A stretch of 37,481 nucleotides of DNA from Bigelowiella natans CCMP2755 (GCA_000320545.1 ADNK01001054.1:1-37481); one strand, 5' to 3'; positions 1-16,411 are shown, counted from the stretch's first letter. Made by a program: numbers and translations. The notes: generated from the sequence alone by a model not told the origin.

Positions 1-952
1 CGTTCTACGGCTATGCCGCCGAAGGGGTTGAGAACTCAAAATTCAAATCTCGGAACCGAATTTTTGAAATCGATTTTCCTAGATTTTCCGCATTATTTTC
101 ATAGTCGCGACAATGATTTCTTCGGCTAATTCTTATCCCTTTGCGTGTGTGTGTGTGAATATGAGAGGGGCGTTTGTCGCCCTATTATGACACACAGACC
201 AGACAGCACCCAGCACCCAGCAAAGATAGCATGTAGTAAAATCACAGCCCACACACCGATGACGACGACGACGCGCGGTGAATTTTCAGCATTTTTTGTC
301 TGGAAGAACACTTTGCTTTTCTCCTGGAAAGCGACCTCCAAATTCTGTCTCTGTTACGTGAAAGTGGCCGTTTTTCTCAGTCATTTTCTCCTAATCAATG
401 ATCCTGCGACAAGGCATTGAGCTTGGTGCAGGATGTTGTTCGGACTGCACTGCTAACGTTGTCCGGGTTTGTGCTGTGCGAGAGCGAGCGCCGGAGTTAA
501 TGGTCTCGCGAATAATTTCCTTCTTCCATTCATCCTTCCATGCCATTTTCGTTCGTTAAGTTGAAAAGTGATGTGGTGTTTGACCATGTGTGCAGTGGAT
601 GTACGCGTAAATCAAATGTTGCAAATTGCGTAGTGCATAGATGTAGCTCTTGAGGATGTTCCTCCGATCAGACCTTCGACGTCGGCAAAACCCTGGGGTA
701 TGTTAATGTCACTGTTTGTATGTGAAATCACGAGTTTGTGTGCATTCGCCTTGCTTTCATGTGTATCTATGTGTGTAATGCACTCTTGAACTAATTTCGT
801 TTTCAGAGTGTAAATCCATCAATGTTCTTTAACGATCTTTTTTTTTACATTGTAATTCCGGCAGGGAGATTATTGGTAATGCAATCTTTCATAAGAATGG
901 TCTACCAAATGGTACAGTAGTGCAACGATTAATGTGTTTTTCTTGGAAATAG

Positions 953-1852
953 GGATTTATAGTAGCATTTCATTTCCTCGTTGGATTGTGTTGGATTGTG
1001 GGAATGGCATTGTGGTCCGGAACATATGATATTATGGGAGCAACACTTGGATACATTACTCTACGGAGACCTACGGGGTAAATAGGCACTCCAAAAGCAA
1101 TTCGACATGTTCTCCCAGCCAAGTCACTAGTCGTGAAAGGAGAAATTTCGAACAACATAGGTACTCCATCCAGGGAGTTTGGTGCTATTTCGTCTTCGTC
1201 AGTAAGAAAGAATCATCAACAATAAACATTTTCAGATCTGGCTTTCTGTACCTTACGATGTTGAATGTGTTTGATCGTAATCTTCTGGTCTTCTGGTAGC
1301 CATTGGATTAATATGGGCTAGCTCCAAGGTAGCCCTATTGGCTTCAGGAACCCAGAAACTCCCGGATCAAGCTTATCAAGGAGATTGGTCTGTGTCATTC
1401 AATAGATTAAACATGGATAAGAAATGTGGATTCCCTTTGATGTCATACTATGTCTTTTGTAAGCTTCAGGGTTGCAGCGTTTTGCGGAACAATTCTTTAT
1501 ATATTTGGGAGTACAACGTCTTTGACCCTTTACGTTGAACTGAGAAAGCAAATCTTAATCGTGCGGAGGGTACAAGTCTTTCATGTGCAAATAAACCATC
1601 AACATTTTGACATCAATGCTGCAAAATGTGTTGTGAAACCACCACCCAAATGAAAATGTTCAAATGTTCAACATCTCACCAAATTGATAGGAAGTCCTAG
1701 ACGAACTTTCCGAATACGAACGAATCATTTCCAACGAGCCAGAGATCCACGATGCGGCAGATGGAGAGCCAATGGAACCGGATCAGCCTCAAAATCGTTT
1801 CCCAGGGACACCGTTTCGTGTGGCAGACGAATGCAAAGATGCACCAGCATGA
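953..1852 (+). CDS. Multi-exon hypothetical multi-pass membrane protein (5' exons unresolved) with C-terminal SHP-box-like motif
   Basis: AG/GT-bounded exons translate to hydrophobic segments GFIVAFHFLVGLCWIVGMALWSGTYDIMGATLGYITLRRPTG (~953-1078) and FRVAAFCGTILYIFGSTTSLTLYVELRKQILIVRR (~1465-1569); last exon EVLDELSEY...QNRFPGTPFRVADECKDAPA* ends TGA at 1852. Confidence 0.5.
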
Positions 1853-2121
1853 TGTGAATCCTCATCCTTCTTTGCGCTGATTGGTCTGCACATGTGGGGC
1901 ACAACAATGCATTGTGAGCGCCGATGGTTGGACAAGCAACGCGCACACAACGCCGCTGTGTCATGCGTGCACATCAGAGACAAGCGCACCATGTCCTTGG
2001 ACATTGTGCACGTGCCATGCTAGCATGCATCGCAAAGTGGCTAAATGGTTGAGAGTGTGGTAGTTGGTAAAATGATCCGAACCTTAAAGTGTTCTCATAA
2101 TTACATTACATGCATCCAACT

Positions 2122-4600
2122 TCACCGTGCACTAGTCATCATACTGGTGAGAATATTTGCAGCATCTTGACTAAGTTCATGGACATCCACTATTGTATCA
2201 TCACTTTCGTCTCCAGATTCCTTTTTCTCCTCCCGCTTAAGCGACCGCGAGGACTGCTTCTGCTCCTCCTGCTTACTTCTCTTACTTCGTCTCACAGACC
2301 TATTGGTCTTTGATTTAGCTTTTTTTGTCGCGGATTTACCACTACTTGATTTTTTTCCTGTGCTACCACCAGCCTCCTTACTCTTTGCCCCTTTACTTTT
2401 TGCCTTGCTATTCCCCCGTTTTCTGCCATTTTCCGCTCTCGCTTGCTGGGCTACTACTAAGTTCAATGTATCAATTCCGCCTCCTCGAGAAGTAGCCGTA
2501 TCAGATGAAGGGATATCCTCATCATATTCAGCCGCCTTTGAAGACGATGGAGGGTTGAGCTCTTCTGGCAGCTTTCCTTTCGGAGCCGTTGGCAGGGGCT
2601 TATGCACGCTGGCCTTGTTCTTACCCGAATGAACTTGCAACAGGTGGCGGTTCAGCACGCCATTTCTGCTGAACTTTTTGTTGCATATCTTGCATGTAAA
2701 AGGTTTGGTGCCGGTGTGAGTCTTCATGTGAACGGTGAGATGGGAGCTCTGGCTGAAGCGCTTATGGCATTTTTTGCACTCGTACGGCTCTTCGCCAGTG
2801 TGGGTCCGGATGTGCACCGTAAGAGCGCCACGCGTGCTGAAGGCTTTGTTGCACCCCGGGTGGTCGCACTTATAAGGCTTTTCCCCGGTGTGTGTCCGCA
2901 TGTGACGCGTTAGGTGTGAGCTCCTCGTAAAGCTCTTCAGGCACTTCTCACACTGGTACGGCTTCTCCCCAGTGTGTATCCGCATATGAACTGTGAGGTT
3001 GCTGCTGGTGCTAAAACTACTGGAGCACTGGCTGCATCGATACGGCTTCTCACCAGTGTGATTCTGCATGTGCTGGGTGAGCTGAAACCGTCGTCCAAAC
3101 GCCTTCCCGCACACCATACAACAGTACGGCTTCAACCCCGTGTGCGTTTGCATGTGTTGTGTGAGATGTGAGGACCGACTAAAGCTTTTTGAGCAGAGCT
3201 TACAATGATGTGGCTTTTCACCCGTGTGCGTCCTCATGTGCTGCGTCAGGTTGCTACTTGTGCTGAAACTCTTTTTGCACTTTACACACGGGTAGGGTCG
3301 CTCGCCTGTGTGCGTCCTCATGTGGATGTTGAGATGGCTATTCGTGCTAAATAGTTTTTTGCACACGCGGCACTCATAGGGAGACGAGATGAAATGTTGT
3401 TTGCGCGATTGTTCGGTTGTCCTCTGCTCATCATGTACTGGCTATAAGAGGAGGCGGTGGGGGAACGCCCTGAAATTGACTGGACTGCTGGCGCTGCATC
3501 ACATTTCCGGGGAACGAACCTTGATTGAACCCAGTGAAGGGCAACGCTTGTGCTGTCGTCGTAGCATACTGATGCTGCCGCACAGATTGCTGCACGCCGT
3601 GCTGCATTGTCATAGCAGGGCTACTAGCTGTCGTATGGCTCTCACCCGGACGAGATCCTGGCGGAGGTGGTGGCCGGCTAAACGGCTGCAGCAGGCTTGA
3701 CAGGTGTTCCGCCGAGTTTATTATCGGCGAGGCCGAGACAACACTTGTGGAGCCCGAGGCGAATGCGGTGGCTCCAACTACCGGAGTTGTCGCCGTAATA
3801 TTGCCCATAGCTATCTGCTGCGCTGCTGTTGGAACTGATGACGGGATGCTTCTATTAGTTTTTTGATACATGCTGCCGGTGGAGTGTGATGCTGCGACGG
3901 AAGTATTAGAAGCAGCAGGAGTAGGAACGGTTGGATAGGTAGTAATAGGTCTGGTGGGCGCGGGGGTAAAAGGAGCAGTAGCAGTAGCATTGGTAGCACT
4001 GGCAACGGTGGTAATAGTTCTAACAGTAGCGGAGCTGCTCTGCTGAGCCGTCGCTGCCGTGTTGGCTGGCATGTTTTTCAGGTATAAGTTGTTGGAAGGT
4101 CCAGAACTGATTCTGAAGACACTGGATGGTTGTACGTTTTGCTGGGTTGGCTGCGGTTGTCGCCGAACCGTCGCTGGGAAGTATTTCCCCTTTTTTTCGT
4201 CCCACTCCACCTTATTCTTCATTGCGGAAAAATCGATTGCGGCAGGAGGGACATTGTCGGGGCGTGAGACAAGGTTGCTAGCGGAGTTTAGAACCTTAAA
4301 AGAGATGTCAAAATAAAGGCCATTATTCAATGAAAACAAGAATCTGATTGTTTGGCATACCTGCTGGTGCTGTTGTAGGCTCTGATGCTGCACCGACATC
4401 TGCGTCTGCGAAGATGGTTTCTGACGCTTCGTGACAGGATTTTGCTCAGAGTACGAAGATGATTCCAAGGGTCTCTTCTTTCCCTCGAATCCTTTCGGAC
4501 TTTGCTCGCTGTTCACAGGCTGACCCGTAGTTACTGGTGACGAGGGATTTTGCATACTTCTAAGGTGTGACGGCAGCTGGGGCGGAGGTGCGACACTCAT
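2122..4600 (-). CDS. C2H2 (Kruppel-type) zinc-finger transcription factor: Q/S/T/P-rich N-terminus, 9 tandem fingers, basic tail
   Basis: Nine CxxC..HxxxH-type fingers with TGEKP-like linkers in 2122-3378. The upstream ORF 3431-4600 is low-complexity and in a different frame, joinable by a short intron near 3438-3519. Probable intron 4295-4360. Confidence 0.85.
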
Positions 4601-6517
4601 CTTTCAGTATTTCCCTTTTTGAAAATATTTGCGAAATGACAGGTGCTCTTGTTAAATCAATTCATGAGCAAACAATTGAACCGATTATGTACACTGTCAA
4701 AATGCGATTTAGAGGGCGTTGATATGATCTAATATGAAGTACATATAAAAATACAATAATGTTTATATTTATAATATATAAATGTAAATCAAACACATAT
4801 TCTATTGCATATTCCAAAATAAGACTGGGAAAGATCAGTTCATGTAGTGCTTGTCCACAAATGAACACTGATTAATCATGGGTTGGAACAGCGAAACAAA
4901 AGGTTAAGCTGCAGTTCGCAAGCTCATTTTGTTAATTGTGACATTTTGCACAACATGTAGTGGGGGATAATACATCAGTTTTATGCCGTTGAGCTGCAAT
5001 AAGTTATACTACCTTTCCGGAAGGGTGCAGAGCCAGGTGAAGGAACACCTGTGTATGGATGTTGGGGCTTTCTCAAGTGGAAGAGAGATTTCCCTCTTAC
5101 TAATTTACTATTGGGTATCCAAAGTTTATGGTAATTTTATACCAGCGACAAGTACAATTAGATGTCTCGTATTCAAAATTGTGAAGATTTACGCATTTGA
5201 TCTGAGAAGCTTCACCTTAGAATTATTGGGTATGTTGGGTTTCTCAGGCTGCCACAATTTTTCAGGCATATTTTCGAGATAATCGGCTCAGAGGAAAGGA
5301 GGCATTAAACAGAATCTTGATTGCCGTTCATTTTGTGCATAAAGCAGAGTCTCTTGATTAATAATCTGTACTTTTGTTCTGTTATTTCATGACAATATAA
5401 CCAAGTCGAGCAGCGCCGTCCATGTGTAACTTGTGGCAAGTAGGTATGTCGCCATACAAATATGTATGTTATAATTATGCAAACATTTTGACGCAAGGTT
5501 CAAAGTTTTCTATATAAATCTTATGATCTGGGCATTTTTTTATTTCTTATTTTGAGTCAAAACTCGCTACGGGTAGCTACGCGCTGTTGAAAATATTCCA
5601 ACGAACGCAGCCCCTATCAGGAAAAATACACTACGTTTGATCTCATTTCGCAAACTACCGGTAGTAGAAATAAATGCTTGTTAGATGTAGTTGTAAAATT
5701 ATTTATTTCAAAATATTTCCAATTTGTAATATTTTGTTTCATTTAGTCTGTTGTTATTGTAATATTGTGTGAAAAGAATGCATTTGTAATAAAAATAAAA
5801 GCGAGAAGAATATCTAAACTTTGAGTGCGAGAATTTGTTCAAATGATGTAAGTGTTAAGTTCTCCGGAATGCCTAAACATGCAGGTTCACACCAGGGGCT
5901 TTGAGGTCAGCATGAGCGAGCGCTATTAGGCTCTGTACAAATGAAATCTTCTGTGTTTAAAAATTACGACAAGGACAAAACTAGAAATCTGCCATAAACC
6001 TCCAAGCCGAAGTCCGCTTATTTCGTCTATCGAGTAAAGTGTTTCGAAAATGTAGAACACATTCTGTACATTTAGTATCACAGGCTGTTACAATATTACA
6101 TGGCAGAAACAAATTACCGAGTACTTTTCCATATTGTTTATGATTTTCAGGCTTCGAACTCTAATTCGGCAACAATGAGAACGCCACGTATGGCTTCCAA
6201 AGCCTTAAACCAGCTTCCCATCAAGCACCGGTTTTGCCCTGCTTTCCCAGCAGCTAGGTGAAACTTAATTTTGCGGCAGACAGGAGATATTATTCACCGA
6301 GAAGTTACGTTCTGTGTGTGTTCTAGGAGTTTTTGTTGAAATGGCTCAAAATCGACTTCGAAATGTGGAATTTGTCGGTTGGCTGGCTGTTGTGTCGGCA
6401 CTAGATCTAGATCTAACAAAGTCGTCCCTCGCCTCCCCTCGCTCCCCCCCTTTTGGAAAGAAAAGTGTTTAAGAAGGTGTCGATTGTCGGGGTATCACGG
6501 TTCATGGACTCTGATGG

Positions 6518-9776
<3,259 letters not shown>

Positions 9777-10472
9777 TTCGTATATCAGAGGACGCGACAG
9801 ATATAGTATGCAAGGAGGCAGGAAGAAAGCATTATTCTGAGATCAGCGCCATACATGATGCACTTACTTTTGTTAAGCACAGACTGGCAGCAGAGCGATT
9901 TACCTGACACACCATGCAAAACCACGTACGCGAGGAATGCAACCACGCCATATCTTGTCGTGCATGCTAGCATGGCATTGCATGCTATGTGTCTAGACAG
10001 TATATGTATAACTAGATGTAGCGTAGCACAGAACCCACATGCTTAGCCATATAGCTTCTGTGGAATCTGTCTAGCTCGCTAGAGCTGTCTTCTATGGATG
10101 GCTGTGCACGTACACATGCGTGTATATACGTAGCTTATTGCATTGCTACATATTGCAACACGATGTACACAGCCATGTATGAGCTGTGGCTGCCATGTGA
10201 CATGCCCAGCATGTAGGGCGGATATCTAGATGTAGTCATACACACGCACATCGTCGCGCGTCTGACTGCTAGCTAGACTGGTCGATCATATCTGGTCGGT
10301 AGTATAGGTTAATGCAAGAGCTTTTGCAGGGAAAAGATTATAGCTCTAGAGCTCACAACATAGCAGGCTACATAGCAAGGTCTACGATGCGCACATCTAA
10401 TAATGTGCAATGCTAGAATGGAGATGAAGCTATAAAACTACCCAAACGACTTGTCCGTGAGTGCCTAGCGGA

Positions 10473-10822
10473 TTAGGCAATGGAGCCGAATGTCCTGGCT
10501 TCCAAGTCGCCGAGCCCTGGTAGTATGCGGCCCTCCTCATCAACGTCAGGGTCGATCATCGCAGCATACCTTTGTATATTGGAGCAGAGAGAAAATAAGG
10601 AAGTCAACCAGCACATTTAGCATAGTCATTTAAGCACTCCCGAACTGATTCCTCGCCCTAGTCCCCCCCCCACTCACATTCTCACGGACGCAAATTTTAG
10701 CCCCAATTTGGCGAGAGCGGAGGGCGCAGCTAAGACGGTCATTATGCGCATGTTTTCCTGAATAGAAAAGGACGAAAAAGGGGTAAATTGAATACGCAAT
10801 CACTTGCAAATTTGTACAAATG

Positions 10823-10855
<33 letters not shown>

Positions 10856-12593
10856 AACGTATTTGTGGGCATTTTAGGTATTTTGCGATTATACCTGCTG
10901 CGCGCCCTTCTCCAAGATATCTGAGAGCACTCTATCAATCACCTCGTGAGAAGCCAGTTCTACGTATGATTTGGGAGGCGGAAGGAGGTAAGAGGATGAG
11001 GAGGACTCTCCGATGATAGGCTTCGCTCAAATGATGCCGATGACGACGACGAGAATCAATAATTACCTGGGATAACAACTAAAACTTTGTCCTGGGGTAT
11101 TTGGAGAGACGGATAGGTAGGATAAGAATATAAATAAGGAGGGAACGAACAGAGTAGCAAGACTCTTTGTGCAAAATGTGCATAATAAGGTCTACGACTT
11201 TTCATCCGAAACCCCAAAAACCTTCTTTACTACTCTGATAGGAAAAGTGTGGGTCACTTCCCCGTAGTCTTGCCGTAAAAAAAAATAATTATTCGAAAGC
11301 TGAATTAGGACAGGATGATAATTTGTGTCGGAAGTGTTCTCCTCGTTACATCATTCGAGAACTTCTCTGGCATTGTATCCAGATAATACTCGGCGGAGTC
11401 CTACAAAAATTGCGAAGGATAAGAAAGAGACGGAAGGAATCATTATCAGCCAAAAATATCAAAACGACAAGAGTGTCACCTTGAGTCCCACGTGATACGT
11501 CTGAGATGCTGGCAGCAGCGTGCTCGTCTGCTCCAGGAGAACTGATCAAAATTCACAGTGAAGAGCGTGTGAGAGATTCCAGTAATTTCAACTCTCCTAT
11601 GCTGATGAAGGACAAGCAAGCTTACCAGGAGCGGTGCGACCGATTGGGATGATCTTGATAGGCTTTGTATTGTCGATGAAAACGCCTTCTGCAGGCTAAT
11701 TGACCGTGTTATTGTTACATACATTTTCATAAGAGTATGAAGTTGGGGGGGGGGGTTAAAGCGCGTGTCTGATGAACTTGTGTTTTGGGCATGCAGTGTT
11801 ATAAATGATGATGAATTGTAGCTATAGTGTAAGGTCTGCTAACCCCATAGGTCGCAGCAATTTCCTGTGTGACAGTGGGGAGCCAGTCTCTGATCAGCTG
11901 GACGACACAATACGAACGTAAGTGCATGAGTAAGTGTGTTGGGGCAAGCACGTGTATTTCTTCCGTGGCTTCCTTGGTATAGGTGTTGTTTATCAGTTAC
12001 AGCATGCATGATGAGGAGGAGATCCAAACCTCGTACATCAAGATGCGCCCAAGCTCTGCAAGCTGAACGTGACAAGAAGCTGAGTCAGATGACTATCGTG
12101 CATTTTTTAAGAAAGAGTAAAATTTATCAAAGCTATAGATAGATGCTGGTGATTATGATCTTGTAGAGCAAACCGCATTCTTTGTCATCAGCGAAGGGGC
12201 CATATCCAACCTAGCAACCCCGAGGTAGTGCTTGACGAGAGGATGAGGGGGAACGAGAATCATCATTGTCTTCGCCGCAGCAACATGCCTGTGCAGAAAC
12301 AGAGATTACCATAAACCAGCTCTCATCGATTTAATTTTCAAAGGTATTTCGCCCTGTCTAGACGTGAAAAGAGAGGGAAACCTTCTACTCGGAGCGAACG
12401 CCGAAGCGTGGATCTGCCTCTGTCCAATGCCAAAGCCGCGACGGCCACGACCTGCCTCCCGCAGACTACCAGCTTGTTTGATATTCTCGACATTCAACTT
12501 GAGTGAAGCCGCCGGCCTTGCGGGCCTTGCGAGGGAAGCCAGCGGGTGTGCGAGAAGGGGCGTGGTGAGGAGGGCAAGGACGGGTACCAGCAT
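10473..12593 (-). CDS. Plastid-targeted uracil phosphoribosyltransferase (UPRT)-like protein, 11 exons, catalytic motifs degenerate
   Basis: Spliced translation: MLVPVLALLTTPLLAHPLAS (signal) + R/A/S-rich transit-like region, then ILVPPHPLVKHYLGVAR, LAELGRILMYE, LIRDWLPT, IIPIGRTAPVLLEQTSTLLPASQTYHVGLK, KVLVVIPELASHEV, MRIMTVLAAPSALAKL, YAAMIDPDVDEEGRILPGLGDLEARTFGSIA*. All junctions GT-AG and in frame; layout matches plant/cyanobacterial UPRT. Confidence 0.85.
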
Positions 12594-12849
12594 GCCTGCC
12601 TGAGATGTGCAGTTATTCCATGGTACATTCTCAGTAGATCTATTTCTTCCAAGCACTCAAGAGCACTGCAGACCTGATTTGATCTATCCGCGGCGAATTT
12701 TCTAGAATCTGTACCTCGAGGAAACATCCTACAATTTTCAGCCTTGGTGAGCCCTGTCTGTCTGTCTGCGCTTCGGTGTGCTCGGCCTTCGGCCGCTTTG
12801 AACGGCAGAAAGCCGAACTTCATGGCTTCTCCTTCGGAACCTTTCCAAA

Positions 12850-14435
12850 ATGGCCGTTCCAAGACTGAAGAAAACGGATAGGTTTTCACCCATGCGACAA
12901 CGGAATATGGCTGACTCTCCACGTGAAGCGGTCGGGCAAAGTAGGGTACTACGCTTCGCGACAAGCAGATTTCCTTCGCGAGGTGTGAAGGGGCGACCCA
13001 TTCGACCGCAAATAAGGGAAAGAAAGGTTGTCGCACATCCTGATTGGAATGATTTCAAAGATTCGAAATATTTTCTTCCTGGATTTGTAGATTTTATCTT
13101 GTCGTAAGGATGGAATTCCCGAGAATTAACTCCGTTTTTTGCTCCAATCCTGTTCAGTATCCGAGTCACGGTCCATACTCCACCCCCCTCTTGCTTCGCT
13201 CTGACTTCGTACCCTACACGCACCTAATCCTTTCGTTCTTGGGAAGGATGCCGTCAATTGGGCGTAAGCGGTGTGGTCGTGGTGGAGGAAGTATCAGATC
13301 GTGGCAAAGCGTCGACCAAGTAGCCTCATCGGCGTATCCTGCTATTGCTCACCCTACCCCCAGCAAGCTCCCGATATTCCAGACGTTTTCAGAGATCTAC
13401 CCCAAGCAATGGACGGGACTTACATCAATATGGAGTGGATTGGTCTTAGGATTGAATATGCTGGCGTGTCGCGTTGGACTCTCAGTTGTGTCGAAGATGG
13501 CGTTTGTCCAGCAGGAACACCCGAACATGCTCCTCGTCGTAGCGATTTCCGATTGCCTCGCGGCGGGCGTGGCATTCATGTGTCTCGGTCTAAACGGGAA
13601 GAGGATCTTTAATGCCTTTTCGGACAGCTACGGCGATCGGAGGCTGAAGCTTTACATGCTCATAGGTTGATTGCGTGTGTGTTGGACGCGAACGAGGCGA
13701 GGGGGGATATGATAGTTGGCGCAACGTGCGTGTAGCGCCGCTGACTGATGCAGCTCAAAAGCAGTGAAAATTATAAAGTTTACACTAGTGTATGCGTGTG
13801 TGTTTGTGTGTGTGTGTGTTTTTACATATGATAAATGGATAAATATATGGGATGTATGGGGGGGGAGATCAAATTTAGTGACTCTGCTATTGCCTGACAT
13901 TATTTGTGTGAAATTTATCGAATAGGAGCGATGGGCTCGATCGCTACCATGCTGATCCAACTCAGTTACCGATATGCTTCCATCACAACTGTCAATGTGT
14001 TTGCTGTTCTTACCGTTCCAGGGGCTGAGCTAGGTGCGCAAGCATTTCGTATTTCAGTATTGGAAGTGTGCAATGTATGAGTCACCCCTCCCCCCCCCCC
14101 CCCACCCCATCACAGCTGCTGCCGCCGCTGCCGCCATCATCATTCTATCTAATCTCCCTCTTTTAAATCCTCTTCATGTTTACCACTGCACGTTACCAGT
14201 AATCTCATGGGGGCTCGGTCGTAAGATGAACCAGGCGCAACTCCTCGCCTTATTCCAGCTAACAGCCGTCACGATAGCCTTCATTAGCGTCTTCGGCCCA
14301 GGTAGCAATAGAAGCAGTTGTACCCGTAGTCGTCGTCATCAAAAGTATTCGAATCTCTTCCTCATTGTCGTCGTCGTCGTCGTCACCATCATCGTTGACA
14401 TTACCAATCAGGGATTGGTGGCTCATCGTCACCGC

Positions 14436-14472
<37 letters not shown>

Positions 14473-15056
14473 GCCAACATCGTTCCTCGGTCTTTTCGGC
14501 GAGAGGACGTCACTTCTCGCCGGGCTTTCTACAGAGGATATCTTCGGGTACTTCGCTGTATTGATTGTTGTTGGCGGCGCTTTGTTTGTTGTAGTCGTGC
14601 TTATTAACCCCCCCCCCCAGTACGGACTGAAAGATACAGATGTCTAAATCGTGCATATGCTGTCTTTCGGCATGTTCGGATCTACCCACTCATTGCATGC
14701 ATATATACATAGATGTATCATACCTAGTCGATATTCAGATGCACTTATATATATCATCGCTGCTTTCTTTCTTGACGTAACGCAAGGTTCGGCTTGCTAA
14801 GCCTCTATGTGGCCACGAGCACAGTAGCGTATCTCTACGTCGAGAAGGGGTGTACAAAGGATCGGTAGTACTACCTAGCTGCAGGCGTCATTGGCGCATA
14901 TAGCATTTTGTAGAGGAGGACGTGTATAAGTAGAGGTTTGAGGGCAGCGGTAACGCAAAACCATCTCCGCATTGAGGAAGGTTTTTGTTGGTGTTGATTC
15001 TCTCCTTCGTTCGTTGTTTATTCTGTGAACATGATGCACAGCTGATGGCGATGCAA

Positions 15057-15099
<43 letters not shown>

Positions 15100-15119
15100 A
15101 TATATGTACACACACACAC

Positions 15120-15156
<37 letters not shown>

Positions 15157-15341
15157 ATCTAACTTGGTTGAAAAGGTGTCTCTCCGAGGTGATGTTTTTC
15201 ACGTCTTGCTTCGGGTATATTGCCGTGATAGTAAAGAAGAAGAAGAAATCAGGAGGAGGAGGAGGAGGAGGGCAGAAGCAAAAAAATTCCAAACATGTTT
15301 ATCCGAAACCAACGTGATATGATTCTCGCTCTCTCTCCCTC

Positions 15342-15387
<46 letters not shown>

Positions 15388-15838
15388 CGCCCCCCCTCCT
15401 CCCTCTCCCTATCTCTCGACGATAGTAACAATATAGCTACCATCATCATAATCATCATCATCGCCATTGTCGTCGCCATTAGACTCCGTCGTCATCATGT
15501 TTGCCATTTCAATTATGCAGCTTCGGCTCGTCTTTGCTGGGGTACCTGTCGCTTTCGCATTTGATGGAACTCCACTATGCTCTGCCCAATCTCTCCGACT
15601 TCTGGACACTCGCTTCAATCATTCTATGCCTCATGGCAAAGGTGGTGATGAAGATGATGAGGAGCCTTGTGCAGAGGGGGAAATGTGTGGGAGGGGAGGG
15701 AGGAGGAGGAGGAGGAGGAGGAGGAGGAGGAGGAGGCGAGTTTTACTTTTTGACGTATACACTAATAATATACTCACAATGCACACATGCATGCACCAAT
15801 ATTCGTATCAACCCCATATGACTATCATCGATTTTTTT

Positions 15839-15881
<43 letters not shown>

Positions 15882-16097
15882 ATTCGCCTAACTCCCCATT
15901 GCTTTCTCTAGCTTTCCATCATGCTGGTTCAGTTCTACGACGAAGCTGCCACCGCAGCGGCAGTGAAGCCCGTGGTAGTCTATGATCGAGATATGCTGCT
16001 TTTGCTTGCTTTGCAAGTGTGTGGGGAGGCTCCTTCGCCACTATAATTGATTTGTCGCTCGTATCCATATTTACCACCATGATCATTTCTAATCATC

Positions 16098-16138
<41 letters not shown>

Positions 16139-16270
16139 ATACATATACATGTGCATACACACACGCGCGCGATCCTCCCTCTCATTAAGGTCATTGCAAC
16201 AACTGCAATCATTGGCAGTCAGCTCTTCGGTGACGAAATCACGGTAATCAACGCTGCATGGAGTTCGTAA
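12850..16270 (+). CDS. Multi-exon SLC35/DMT-superfamily (nucleotide-sugar/metabolite transporter-like) membrane protein; ends approximate
   Basis: Successive hydrophobic exons: WSGLVLGLNMLACRVGLSVVSK..LLVVAISDCLAAGVAFMCLG, VISWGLGRKMNQAQLLALFQLTAVTIAFI, FGLLSLYVATSTVAYLYVEK, EVMFFTSCFGYIAVI, FWTLASIILCLMAK, VIATTAIIGSQLFGDEIT. The spacing and the LFGDEIT ending resemble DMT-family transporters. Confidence 0.5.
14438..14472. repeat. (ATC)n microsatellite, intronic
   Basis: Perfect CAT/ATC run read directly. Confidence 0.9.
15060..15152. repeat. Compound (CA)n/(TA)n microsatellite, intronic
   Basis: Read directly. Similar CA, TA, CT, GGA and GTT runs occur at ~15330-15385, 15700-15735, 15843-15879, 16099-16130, 17363-17410, 17492-17526, 17744-17781, 20628-20650, 21071-21103, 34619-34657 and 37327-37372. 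Confidence 0.9.
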
Positions 16271-16411
16271 ATTCTAGCGGTGCTGGGAGAGGCATTGATT
16301 GGATGGTTTTCCCGCCTGTGTGTTTGCTCGCTAAATTAATCAATTCACAACAACAACAACAACTACTACTACTACTACTACTACCACTACTACTACTACT
16401 GCACCTCCCTT

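Noticed and set aside
2600-3380. ~84-bp periodic repeats that could be taken for an array (e.g. CRISPR)
   Set aside because: Explained by tandem C2H2 finger coding units in a eukaryotic gene.
4900-6300. Possible small exons or an extra gene upstream of the zinc-finger gene
   Set aside because: A few AG/GT-bounded segments exist on both strands, but I could not build a consistent frame or recognise a protein.
12494-13223. Overlapping 161-180 aa minus-strand ORFs
   Set aside because: They span a promoter and the antisense of the transporter 5' end, with no motifs.
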